Source of the DNA: Marsupella aquatica
Taxonomy: Eukaryota > Plantae > Marchantiophyta
Length of the DNA stretch: 64,000 nt
Assembly (NCBI GenBank): GCA_973895155.1
Contig: OZ316891.1
Coordinates: 29,437,611-29,501,610 of the forward strand
Direction of reading: 5' to 3'
In this document: piece by piece, positions 1 to 12,000 of the stretch
How positions within the stretch are numbered: position 1 is the stretch's first letter
Layout: the number at the start of each line of letters is the position of its first letter
Notes under the pieces: generated by a model
What the model was told of the DNA's origin: nothing
What the model saw: the letters and a program-made list of their open reading frames with translations, nothing else
Database searches by the model: none
Translations under genes and position numbers: made by a program

Positions 1-1122
1 TTCAGGCAGACCTCGCTGGGCGTATGCACACTTTCACCCTTTCCAGCATCCTCTCCGAGGCACCTGACACGGACCGAGCTCGGATTCTTTCTTCTGGAGG
101 GAAGGGCGCAGGTGGATGGCTTCAGGCCAATCCAGTCATTCCTCATTTGCGGATGTCTTCAACGGAGTTCTCCACAGCCATGCGTCTTCGTCTGGGGCTG
201 TCCCACCCACTTCTTGCAGGTTTACCTCCTTCTTGCACTTGTGGGAAGCCTTGTGATGCCACAGGTGTCCATCTTCTTCGGTGCAGTTTGGGAGGTGAAA
301 CCATTATTGTTCACGACGCTGTGCGAGATGCGACTGCTCAGGTTCTCTCTGGCTCTTTGGTATGCGTGCGGCGGGAGGTGGTACTCGAGTTACCTGGTCC
401 TCCATCACAGCGGTTACGGGTGGATCTTACCATGGTCCGTGAGGGTCAACGTACTTTGGCAGATGTTGTGGTGGCAAACCCATTGCGCCAAGACATCATT
501 GGGACAGCGGCAACTACGGCAGGGGCAGCAGCGTCACGTGCGGCAACAACGAAGGAGGCCAAATATGCTGCACGAGCTTCATCCGACAGCTTCCTCCCCC
601 TTGCTGTGGAGCTATTTGGGCGTCTTCATCCTCAGTTTGATGGGCTTCTTCGGCAAGCTGCCCGGGATGTTCATGGCCGAATGGGTCCCACCGGACCCCC
701 GCTTTCTATTTTGACCACGCACTTTCGCCAACGCATTTCAGTCACCTTACAGCGTGCTCAAGCTCGGGCCATCTATCGTCGATCTCTTACAGTGGGTGCT
801 AGTGTGCCTCCGCAGCGGCTAGCTCCCCTTGAGGATGTTCCAATCCCACTTGCCGATCTAGTTTTGACTCTTGATGTGGACCATTAGCTTTTTGCCACAA
901 TCGGTAGGAATGATGAGGACCTCGGTCCGCTTGGGTTAGTTTTAGTCTCTCTCTCTTTCTTGGTTTTTAGGGGTTCCCTATTGTTCATTTCTTACTTTTA
1001 GTTCCTCTTTCTTGGTGTTTAGTGGTTCCCTTTTGCTCACTTCTTTTTCGATTGGTTTTGTCCACTTGGGCCCTCTTTTGTTTGTTCATTTGTACTCTGT
1101 TTGGTCCCTTTGTATATAAAAA
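1..1122 (+). mobile_element. 3' end of a CRE-clade-like non-LTR retrotransposon (zinc knuckle plus restriction-like endonuclease). ORF runs from before the window to 887, followed by a T-rich 3' UTR
   Basis: Frame is open from the window start to TAG at 885-887. It carries a CCHC knuckle (CTCGKPCDATGVHLLRC), then HDAVRD, RVD...ADV, KEAKY and PLAVELFG, the RLE motif series of CRE/R2-type elements. The UTR ends in a short A run near 1117-1122. Confidence 0.8.
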
Positions 1123-1132
1123 GTGTGTATAT

Positions 1133-1680
1133 TTCTTTTTGCTAACGTATCTCCCAAAGTGACCATAATTAACAACCTGTCCCCCAAACTATTTTAATTC
1201 CTAAGTGGACCCCCCTTCCATATATGGGTTAACTTTAACTCATGTACTTAACCTGAGGTTATTCCCTATTGGTTGGACAACACATGGCCAGGTGCTATTG
1301 GCCATGCCAAACCCCATCTTGTTCTACCACAGTTTCTACCCTAAATCAGGCCGACTCCTCATCATGACGATTACGGGAGTACCAGGCCAGCTCCCTCGCG
1401 TTGCAATAGGGCAGCCACAACCCCGGCTTCCTCCTGGCCCCGACTAACCCGCAAAGGCAGGCCCAACGACATGACCATCCCTTCCTTCCCATTGCACCCC
1501 TGTTTCCTTCCCAACGTACTCCGGTTGTAAATAATGCTCCCGGGCCAATGGGAAATGACCTCGGGTTAAGTACATGAGTTAAAGTTAGACCATGAAAAAG
1601 AGGATCAACATAGAAATTAAAATAGTGTGGGGGATAGGTTGATAATTATGGTCAGTTTGGGGGATATTTTAGTAAAAAAC
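1133..1680. mobile_element. Non-autonomous foldback/MITE-like element with ~150-bp imperfect terminal inverted repeats
   Basis: ~1135-1285 is the reverse complement of ~1530-1680, e.g. aactttaactcatgtacttaacc versus ggttaagtacatgagttaaagtt. There is no coding capacity between the arms. Confidence 0.75.
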
Positions 1681-3904
1681 TGTTTCATAAAATCCAGTTT
1701 TGGGACTCCTTGTTTGGCCAACAAACTTGCTAGCCGTATGAGGTCGTAGAAATGCACTAGGAATACCTGGAGTGAGTAGGGCAGCCTAGTAATCAGAAAT
1801 GCAGTAGGAATTCAAAATCAAAAGGCATAAAGAACCACGGCAGTGACTTGCTAAGCAATACTCTTCCTCACTTGCAAAAATTCTTCTTTGCTCATGTCTT
1901 AAAAACTCTAGAGATGCAAGTTAATCCTATGGATAATAAACGATGGTTCACAGGAATAGTGTCTTTCTGCGAGAGATGACATTTGGCTGCTTGGATATGC
2001 TGATCTGCAGGGGACCCATAGGAGATTGAAGCACCTTTTTGTTTCAGATCTTATAAAACTGCTTAGTGTTGCACCACCTGTGCTTTACATCATTTAGAGT
2101 TATTGCTAGGTATAGAAGAGAAGAGATGCCTTGATTCCTTGCCTGTTTCCAGATCTGTTCTATTGCCTGAGCGACAGGCCTGATCTTCTTGTAGTGTTTC
2201 TGATACATTTGAGCCTGAAAATGCGGGTTGGGACTTTTCTAGCATAGTGATCATTTTGCTGACTGGTGAACTGGGCACTTGGTGTAACGGATGAAGAGAG
2301 CATGATTTGCCTCTTATGGTTTTCTTTGCCCCTCTGGACTCTGCTGCCTTTGGGCCTGCTTGGTTTCCCATCCATGAGGTTCAAGCAGAATAAAATTTAA
2401 TTACACATAATAAGCAAATGATGATTCATGCATGCTATAGCAAATGAATGCACAAATTTTCATTTGCAACTACACAAGTTTGGGATGGAGTATGTTAAGA
2501 GTTGTGGTGTAGGCACAGTTTCAACTTGGAACCTGCCTGTTTGTAAAAGGATGCACTACTGTGCCAGATGCTCTCTCAAGTGTTTAAGGAGATCCATTTG
2601 GGCAGCTTAAAGAACATATCGACACAGTGCACAATGTAAAATCAGACAGATGCACCACTGGATCATTTAAAGAGGTATATGCTAAGGCATCTTGATGAGT
2701 ATTGTCAACACAATGCACTACCCATTCAAGCATTTAAAGATTCCATTCAGGCAAGGTAAGTAGTCGTTGCTAGCCTGAAAGTTAGATCACTCTAAGACCA
2801 TCTGTAGAGGAGGTCCAAATTTGTCTTCTTCCCAAATACATCTTTTCCTAGCTGAGACAATGCATGGGTATTTGTGTAAACAACTTTTAAGTATATTGTC
2901 ACTAAACATGTTAACTTTGAATTTACAACATTGCCATTGTTTTTTTTGTATTTACAAAAATGTCATGGTTATCTTATATAGCTCTCCTGGTTACCATGGT
3001 GAACTTGTCATCCATATAGGAAATAGTGACATTTTTATAAATATAATAAAAAATGATAATATTATCAATTAGAATATCTTTAGTGACAAAGAACTTAAAA
3101 ACTATTTGTGTAAACTAGCCAAAATACCCTGCTTCTACTCAGGAAGTGCTCCCTCGATCTTGACTCCCCATGCCCGTCTCTACTTGCACACTCTCCCCTA
3201 TTTGCAAGCACACTCCAAATACCAAAATTTGTTACCTGAGAGATTTTGGCTATGGTTTCTTCATCAATGGTAAATTCTGATCCTTGAATCTACAACTATA
3301 ATAAAGAAGCCTGCCAAAAGTAGTTAATCATCCCTTTACAAACTCAGATTTGGGATTTGGTGGGAACAAAGCCTGACCATTGGATTTATGTTAGGTTTAA
3401 TTCTAGTCTTTGATCAACTAGAACTAAGTGTACACCAAAGCAAATAAGATCTTAGGGTACGTAGGTGATAATAATTATGAGTGGCAGTAATAATTATAAG
3501 GGGAGACCCAAGGGGTACAAGTTAAGTACACTAAGACATTTTGGTACACAGAAGTATATTTAATAGAGGTACTCAATCATTACATGTTAAAAGACTATGT
3601 ATCTAATAGGAAATACATGTAGAATTAGGAATATGAAATAAATTAAAATGGGTGTATGTGATTGTGAAAATTATATTTTTTAATGGGAGTGAAATTAAGT
3701 AGTTTTTTTTCAAAAAAGCTAAAAACTAATTATTTGAGACCAATTAAAACAAAGTCATGGAAAAGTGGAAACCAATCTTGATCCTTTGTCTAAACTATTA
3801 TTTTTGGATTTTGTCCCATGAACCTCATTTAGAATAAAATGCTTGCCCTTTAGCCTGCCCACAAAAACATAATTAAACTCTATGATGTGGTGGCTATTAT
3901 CTTG

Positions 3905-4731
3905 GGTCTCTAATTTTTATGTGCAACGCACGGGTTATTGAACACAACCACAACAACTATAATCATTCAAGATCACACTTAACATGTCTCGCCATTACAT
4001 CTCAAAGCGTTTTTGTTTTTGCCTTGTCTTGACATCCTTTTTTAATCTTTACATATTTATTTATTCTCAACCTCTTTATCTTGCTTTGATATATTTATCT
4101 CACATTCACATCTTTATCTTACCACGACATTTTTTCTTACCTTTGATGTCTTTTCTTTCCTTGAGAACTTTTCTCACTTGACATCTTTTCCCCGCCTCAA
4201 CATCTTATGTTTTCCTAATCTTGCCATACTTTCCTCACCTTCAGATCTTTTCCTCACCCTTGACGTTTCTTTCTCTCCTTGAGATCTTTCTTTCATCTTT
4301 ACGTCTCTTTGTCACCTCAACATAGTTTATCTCCTTGACATTTTTTCTCACCTCGACTTCTTTTTCTCATCGACATATTTTTCCTGGCTTTTTTCACCTC
4401 AATATCTTGTCCTCACTTCAACATCTTTTCTCGCCTGGACGTGTTTATCACATTTTTTGCTCACATTGACAATTAACTTCTCTCCTCTACATCTTTTATC
4501 ATCTCAACATCTTTGATCTCATTGACATCTTTTGCTCACCAAGACATCTTTTATCTCTTTGACATATTTTCTCACCCCGAAATCATTTATTTCCTTGAAA
4601 TCTTTTGTTCACCTTGACATCTTTTCTCTCCGTGACATCTTTCATTACCTCAACAGTCATCTTTTGCTCACTTCAACTTACATCATTTCTTTCCTCAACA
4701 TCTTTCGTGCAACGCACGGGCATTGGGCTAG
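3905..4731 (+). mobile_element. 3' part of a non-autonomous Helitron with a degenerate CT-rich ~19-20 bp minisatellite
   Basis: Hairpin cgtgc-aac-gcacg (4706-4718) followed by CTAG (4728-4731) then T, the canonical Helitron 3' end. An internal relic end gtgcaacgcacggg lies at 3921. The 5' end was not located. Confidence 0.75.
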
Positions 4732-5064
4732 TAGTAGTATAGATCTCAAACTCAGGGTATTCAAGTTATTGGGGTTACCTAAAAAAGTATTTAGTGAATT
4801 TTGCTTACTTACAAGGGTATTGTGTAGATTTTCACTCCAAGGAAAGGAAAAGTGGTCATTATTTAAAAACAAGGGCCAATCAAAGTACACTAAGGACAAG
4901 CAAAAAAGGTAAGTTGAATCGACACCAAAAGAAGTGGGCTAACGAACCATTACCAAAAGAAGTGGGCGAATGCAAACCAACAAGAAAGGGTACTTTGTAA
5001 CTTTCCAAAATGCAAGTCACAATACCCCATGGCAGCTACAGTGACGAAGGAACCCTAGCTGGTC

Positions 5065-6007
5065 TTTCCTTTCCTTTCCTTTCCTTTCCTTTCCTTTCAG
5101 GTAAGCTAGGTAAGCCATACAGTAGCTGGGTGGCTCCATCTCAGCTGGACATTTGTCGAAAGCCTTCTTGATGGATCGCAGAACAAGAATGATGAAATTT
5201 GTGTGTGTGTTGTGTAGAGAGAGAGACAGACAGATGATATGTTGTGAGTTTGCCTGATCACACGTTTGGCGATGGGCCCCGAGCTGTTTCAGTTGTTCTG
5301 CAGGAGGAGGAGATGATGAAGGTCGTAGAGGAGAGTATGAGAACGGAAAGGAGGGGCGAGCTGGAGTATGGATGGAATGGAGAGTTTTGAGATCTCTCTG
5401 ATGAGGCCAGCGGTCCAAACATGAAGGTGGGGGGGGGGGAGTGATTGAGCGAGCATTTGGCATCCTAGTTTGGGTTTTAGGTCATTGGCAGAGATGTGAC
5501 GGGGAGGAGAATCGATAGCGTGAGTTCAAATCTGTTGTGAGGTACCATTTCTTCTTTCGGTTTGCTTTGTGAATTTCGTATGGGAGTTGTCGTTGATTTG
5601 GAATTATGATGCGAATCCCTGAAGTTCACTTGAAGGTGATGGAGAAGAAGGGGACAGAGAGGGATATTCTCCAGGAATTTAAAGAGGAGAGAGAGGGGGA
5701 ATGCTTTTTGATTTCCTCGGTTGGAAGAGAGGGTTATTCATGTTCTGCATTCGGAGTTTGTTTTCACTCTTAGTTGTCCCCAATCGGTAGTATGGGACTG
5801 AGAGGAGACAGATCAGCAAATGGTGCTGACGTGACGGACGAATTGAGAGCTTTAGAGGTGATTTTCTCCCGTTAGTGGTCCAAAGATGCTCATTGGTGGT
5901 ACGAGTTTATGAAATTTTCTGGATGGGGAATCGAGAGCTGGGAGTTCTTTTGTATAAATAGAGGGAAGAGTGATTCTTGCACTGTTTTGTGTGGTTCTTC
6001 TTTCCAG
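5065..6007 (+). promoter_or_regulatory. Probable spatacsin 5' leader: (TTTCC)n tract, then a putative 5'UTR intron at 5101-6007
   Basis: Telo-box-like aaccctag near 5051, strong donor CAG|GTAAGC at 5100/5101, and a pyrimidine tract plus acceptor ttcttctttccag at 6007. Confidence 0.5.
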
Positions 6008-6023
6008 TAGTTGGACTGACAGC

Positions 6024-6056
6024 ATGGGATCTCGTGAATTGGCAGGAAAGTATTAG
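6024..6056 (+). other. uORF (MGSRELAGKY*) ending 2 nt before the spatacsin ATG
   Basis: ATG at 6024, TAG at 6054-6056, main ATG at 6059. Confidence 0.5.
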
Positions 6057-6058
6057 AG

Positions 6059-9000
6059 ATGGAGAGCAGCGAGCCAGAGGGGACCGGGAACAATGTGCCA
6101 GCGGTGCTTCAGCTGTACAGTTGGGGCAGCAGATCCACAGAGCTGCCGGTGTCCGCGTTTGCTAGAGCGGCTTTCTCTCCTTCCCGGGAGCTCCTCTTGC
6201 TGCAATCCCGAGATCGCGAGGTAATTCTTTTTCCCCTGGGAGAAAGAATTTCAAACGCTGGGGGCAACATCACTCCCAATCCGTTACGTAGTGCACCTCC
6301 TCCTCCTTCGTCCGGAAGTCCTGACTTACCTCCTGCCGTTTCATCTCCTATTTTCCAAGGAATCCGTTCCAGAAGTGTGTCCGATACTGCAGAATTTGCA
6401 TCCTTTCGTCATGGATCGTCCTCTGCTGCTGTCAATCCTCTGCTCCAGACCTCCCCCTCCACTTCTTACTCGAATCCTCCTCAAACGTTCAAGACCTCTT
6501 CCCCCAACTCTCCCCATACAAGTTTGTACCCTCCCCCTAGCCCTAGCCCTAGCCTTGGAGATGTGGATTGCTTCGCTTGGGCATCCCATGGAGATGGATT
6601 TGGTTGTAAGGGTCCGAGCGGGTGGTTCAAGGAGCTGCTTTTCACGAGCAATGAAGAAGGTCTGTACATACACGGCTTCTCGCCCAAATCCGTCGCTGAG
6701 AATGTTAAGCGAAGTAGACCCAAGGCGCCGGATGGACTTGTTGGTACGGAGGAGACAGATGAGAGCACAGGGTCTGATGTGAATGGAACGTGGAGAGAAG
6801 GGAAATGGAGGGAATGGCAGGCAGAAACAACTGGAGTTGCTAGTGAATCGGAATTTGAGGTGTGGGAGGAGAGAAATGACAGTTCTTCTGATCGAAAAGA
6901 AGGCGATAAGAGGATTGTCTCATATGTAGTGGATGCGGAGCTGGAGGACAGTCCTGAAGGTCTGCATTTGCGATTCGATGGGCGTAATGCCTCCTGGCCT
7001 CCTTCAGCGGACGTAGTCTCCTTTAGATTCGGTGCAGGGTCCCCCTTCCTTTCCCGATTAACATCATCAAACAGCAGGACAGCTTCCAGCAGCAGCAATA
7101 ATAATCCCATCTCGTCTGCAGAAAGTAGTACTACTGGTCCAGAGACTGAGGATGGTTTGACCTCAGAGCAGCCAAGGGCTCCCGCTGAGGACAGTGCAGA
7201 CCACCATGGAAGTATCGAAATTGTAGATATCATCTCGAATCCATCCCAAACTTTGATTGGTATCGTGACGTGCCAGAGATCTTCCACAGCTGAAGACTCA
7301 GGGTTACAGAAAGTTTCCTGTGGAGGGGATGGAGGAAGGGGCTTGGGAGAAAGGAACGCCATAGACGAGAAGAAATCAAAACTGGGATTGATGGGAAACA
7401 CCATCGTTTCCATAGCCCTGGCTCTTGAGTGGGGCGTAAAGTGGATAGCTGCTATAAACCTGGATGAGAGGACAACAGTAAACGAAGCTGGAACTGCACC
7501 ATGGGCATCATTGGTTCTGACCAACGATAGGCTATTAGGGCTTAAACAGGATGGAGGAATTTTTGTGTGGGCAGCGTCGATTGGAAGTTTAGTAGCATTC
7601 ATTGATTTGGTGAGATATTGTGATTTGAGACCTAGCTCGCTGTTAGGGGCGAAGAAGGAGATTGCACATGAGACCGAGGAGAGTGGTGATTTGCAGCAGG
7701 AGAAGACCAAATCAATTCAGACAGAAGACGAATCCTCACCCCATGCTTTTTTGAATGGGGAAAGCGTAGAGTCAGCAGAAAAGGAAACCCCTTTCTCTGG
7801 AAATTTTGAAAGCAGTGTTGAATCAAAAGAAAGCGGTGGACATCGCCATCGGCCGAAGCGTCATTTTACAAGGCTGGTTGCAACCGCTGACTCCTTGTTA
7901 CTTGCCGTGACTGATGATCAGGGCCTACTTTTCGTAGTGTCAACAGATGATTACTTTGTGTCCCAAGGCCACCACTATAAGAGTCCATCCACAAATAAAA
8001 AACCCTACATCTGTACAGAAGACTTAAAGGCATTGTCATATTGGGATGGTGCTGGGTCAGATATTGGGCGTGCTCTCTCTACCACTCTACTACCAAATCG
8101 AAGGTTCCTGAAGTCCTTAGATGACGAGACAGACATTCATGGAGTGCACAAATCTGTTCCCAACACCGGACACAAGATTTCTGGCGGGAGAGAAAATGGA
8201 CCCGGTCCTCCCGTTCACACCAAGAACATATTGCAAAGTGCCACAGGTTTTACATCGAGGATGGAAGTTGCACGGAGAGGACCTATGAATTTTAATAAAA
8301 GTCAAGTCAGGCCTATCAGGAGAGTTTTCCTTCCATACAAGAGCACTGAAACATTAATTGCAGTAGCTTTGAGTTTTAATGCAATCACCACTATGGTACG
8401 TTCTATTCATGATGGCGAAATATTTTCCATAACACAGAATGGACTGCATATCTTGGATGGAGCTATTGATGAACGAGACTTCTATGGCAACATGGCACGG
8501 AAGATGGAAGACCGCGTGCAGAAGAGAAGTAACTACATTGGAGATGTTCTTCCCTTTTGTTCTCAGGGTTTTCTTTACTTGCTGACAGCATCCTCGCTTC
8601 ATGTTGTGCTTCCTCCCTTGGCTCTATCGCAGTCCAAGTCTGCTCCCTCACAACTAAATTTTCATGAGGAAAGGCGGTACCCTGGATTTAGTCTTGAAAC
8701 TCAAATCGGGAATATTTCGTTCCGAGGACAAGGATTGCTACGTCACCCATGGCAAACTGAAGTAGTTGACAGAGCACTTGTTTGTGATGGGAGTGAAGAA
8801 GCGGAGCTGTTGTGTCTTGAGAATGGATGGAGCTTGCAGCTGTTGCATTTGCGGAGGTTACAGCTAGCTGTTGATTTTGTGAGGACCCAGGATGTACAAC
8901 AGGCTTTAGAGGCACTTGCACGTGTTGGAGCTGTAGAGTCAGGGGTGCTTTGTTTGCTATTTGCTGCTGTCGAGCTTATGCTCAATCAACATATCTCAGA

Positions 9001-12000
9001 TAATGAGCTTGCTCAAGCATCCAAATTGCTCTCTTCTGCAGCGTCCTTCACCACAAGGTTGGTACGTCAGCATGGAGTCACGGGCTGGCAAAGTCCATAC
9101 CAGCAGAAAAGTTCTCATGGATCTCTTGAGTCCAGTAGACACAAGACCGCGGTTACCTTGAGTGAACTGGCACGTTTTCTTGAAGTGATTCGGACCCTTC
9201 AAGTTTGTCTTGAGGAGAAAAGAAAGGGGCCTAATATTAAGAAGGGAGAGAGTGGAAGAGATAAAGCTTTTGTTTCTTTTGAGGACCCAAATGTGAAAGC
9301 TCCGCTAGAAGCAATTGATGAAGGTGTTGAAGAGACAATAGCCCCTTACGTCGTTGTGGAGCAAGGGTCGGGTTCTAAGGTGAAAGCTATGTTATCTGTT
9401 ACTGGGGTCCCTTCGTCAAATGATAGCACTGCCCTTGGCTCACCATCCTCGAGTGCACTGGTGCCAACAGGGAGTTTTAGTACTGGGACTGGAGCCTCTT
9501 GGGATATTTCACCCACTGAAGTAGAGGGAGGAAAGAGTAGGCGGCGGTCTCATATTGAAAGTCCAGGTGAAATGTTCTCAAGGTGGGAGAATGAAAATGT
9601 GGATGCGGCCGGTGTTGTGAGAGATGCCCTCAAGTCATCAGGGCGGTTGGCCTTGGCTGTCGCTCAACTCCAGCGAATGCGCATGATATCTGCAAGGGAT
9701 AATCCTCCACAGGAGCAGGGGGTGGAATCGGAAGACGTCTTTAGTGAGCTTCTCAGGATAGGCCGTGGCATTGTCTATGAACTTTTCTGCAAGGGAAAAA
9801 CAGCTCTAGCAATTGCTGCATTACGGCGGCTAGGAGAAGACATTGAATCTGCTCTTCGTGACCTAGCTCTGGGAACTGTCGGCCGTTTTTTGCACGCACA
9901 AGCTGTAAAAGAATTGCAACGTCTTATGCGTCTGAGCACTAGTGATGTTCAGTTATTTGAAAGAGTTTCACTCATAGAGAAGGAGTATGCAAGTAGTAAC
10001 TTCTGGAGGACATACGAGGCTCGACGACGGCAAGGAGTCGGGGCTTCCCCCTCCCCAGCTTTAGAGTCCAATAGAAATGCTTTGAGTCTTGTGTGCGAGA
10101 TATTTGGAGAAGACGGTTTCAAAATTGAATGTGGGGAAGTTGATGGTGTTGTGCTGGGTTCTTGGAGCATGATTGATGACCAACCAGGGGTCGTTGAAGA
10201 AGAATTGAATTTGCAAGAATCTAATACTTCAGGATACTGGGCGGCTGCAGCTGTCTGGCTTCAACCCTGGGATTCACAAACAGTTGACAAAATACTTTTG
10301 GAGCCCCTTCTTCTCCAGGAGGGGGTGGTCTCATGGGAAGCGAAGTTGGAGTTCCATGTTGCCCACCATAACTGGCAAGCAGTGATACACTTGCTGGAAG
10401 AAGTTCCTTCGTCCGTACAATATGAGGGAATGCTTCATGTGCATTTAGACTCTGATGATACTCTTTCCTATGACCCATCTTTGCCATTCTCCGGTGTCTC
10501 AGACGGCCTTGCAAGAGGAAATCTAAGAAACCCTTGGCTGGGTGATGGAGACACGGGTGAAGCAGTCATACCAAAAGTGCAGATTCTGGCTCTTGACCTA
10601 TCATCTGTGTGCAACACATCAATGTGGCAAATTATAGAGGAGAGACTAGTGAGGAATCACATATTTCTCAAAGAGCACTGGAAGGGCACTGTGGAGTTAA
10701 TGGCATTGTTTTCCAGAGCAGGTTTGCTATTCCACCCGTACAGTTGGGGAAGAAATACCAGAAGCAAAGATCTGATGTTCCCTGGTCCTACGAAGGGGAG
10801 CAAGCTCCACAAGGATGCTGTTTTTGGTTTACATGAGCTGGTTGTGCAGCACTGTCTTAGGCACTCACTTCCACATTTCCTTGAACTTTATTTGGACTTC
10901 CACTCGCTTGCTCTCGATAAAGGTTATTCTACCATTATGCAGTATCTTGTAGGACACTGTAAGTGGGCTCTATGGCTGTTATATACTGGACTTCAACGCC
11001 GTGAATATGATGCATCATTTGCAAATTCTCTGACAATTCTGGCCCCAACAAGGAATTCCAAGGAGAGTGTAGAGGATGTCAACTTTCTGAAGACTGTGGA
11101 TGACATGGCCATAGCTGGAGGAGAAATTATGGCTTTGGCAACCTTGATGTATGCACCAGTCCTGTTGCAAAAGTGCTTGTGTACTGGCCATATCAGCAGC
11201 AGACATGACCGAGGATCATGGCAATGTACACTAGAAAGTCTTCAACCTGGTTTACAGCACTTCCCTACACTATGGAGTACTCTTGTTGGGGCGTGCTTTG
11301 GTCATGACTCTTGGGGATTTGCCTATGGACGACCTTTAAACCCAGGAAGCCCAGGAAGATTAAATCAATATCTTGAATGGCATCAACGGTTGTTCTCATG
11401 TGCTAGGGGTGACACGTCGCTACTTCAGATGAGTCCCACATGGCTTCCACATGGGGTCAGGTACCTCCTCCAGCTTACTATCCGGGGACCTGAACTTAAT
11501 GGAGGTAACATTGATCTGGCCGTACCAACTATAGGCAGTATGGGATCTTATGAGGAGAATTCACAATTGTTGGAGTCTTTGGTTTCCCCCTGGGAGGAAG
11601 GCATTCAGAAAACAATCGAAGAAGAGCTTTATGCTCACAACTCGGAGGACTTGGGCTGGGATTGTAAGCACCATCTTCGTCGGGGCCATGGTGTAGCCGC
11701 ATTCAGCGTGTTACTCAACTCAAGAGTTCAGTCGTCACAAGACTTGAAATCAGGATATGGAAGACTCCATTCATCAGAAATCCAGGCACTTTTCTCACCA
11801 CTCACGGCAGATGAAGAGAAACTCATTGCATCCGTAATTCCTGCAGTCGTGATGGACTATGAAAATTCTACAGTTGTGGCTGCGTTTGCATTATTTGTTG
11901 AACTTTGCGGTCTGTCAGCCAATCTATTGAGAGTTGACATTGCAGCCTTGAGACGTATTTCCAGTTACATGAAGAGCTTGAGTCACTTGAGTAACAATGT

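Noticed and set aside
2090-2384. Small minus-strand ORFs as a gene
   Set aside because: No recognisable domain or consistent exon chain.
5095-5106. Recursive splice site (pyrimidine tract + CAG|GTAAG)
   Set aside because: More simply a CT-rich first UTR exon ending at a normal donor; no upstream exon is evident.
6481-7710. 409-aa antisense ORF and other ORFs overlapping spatacsin
   Set aside because: Shadow frames of a long CDS with no recognisable motifs.
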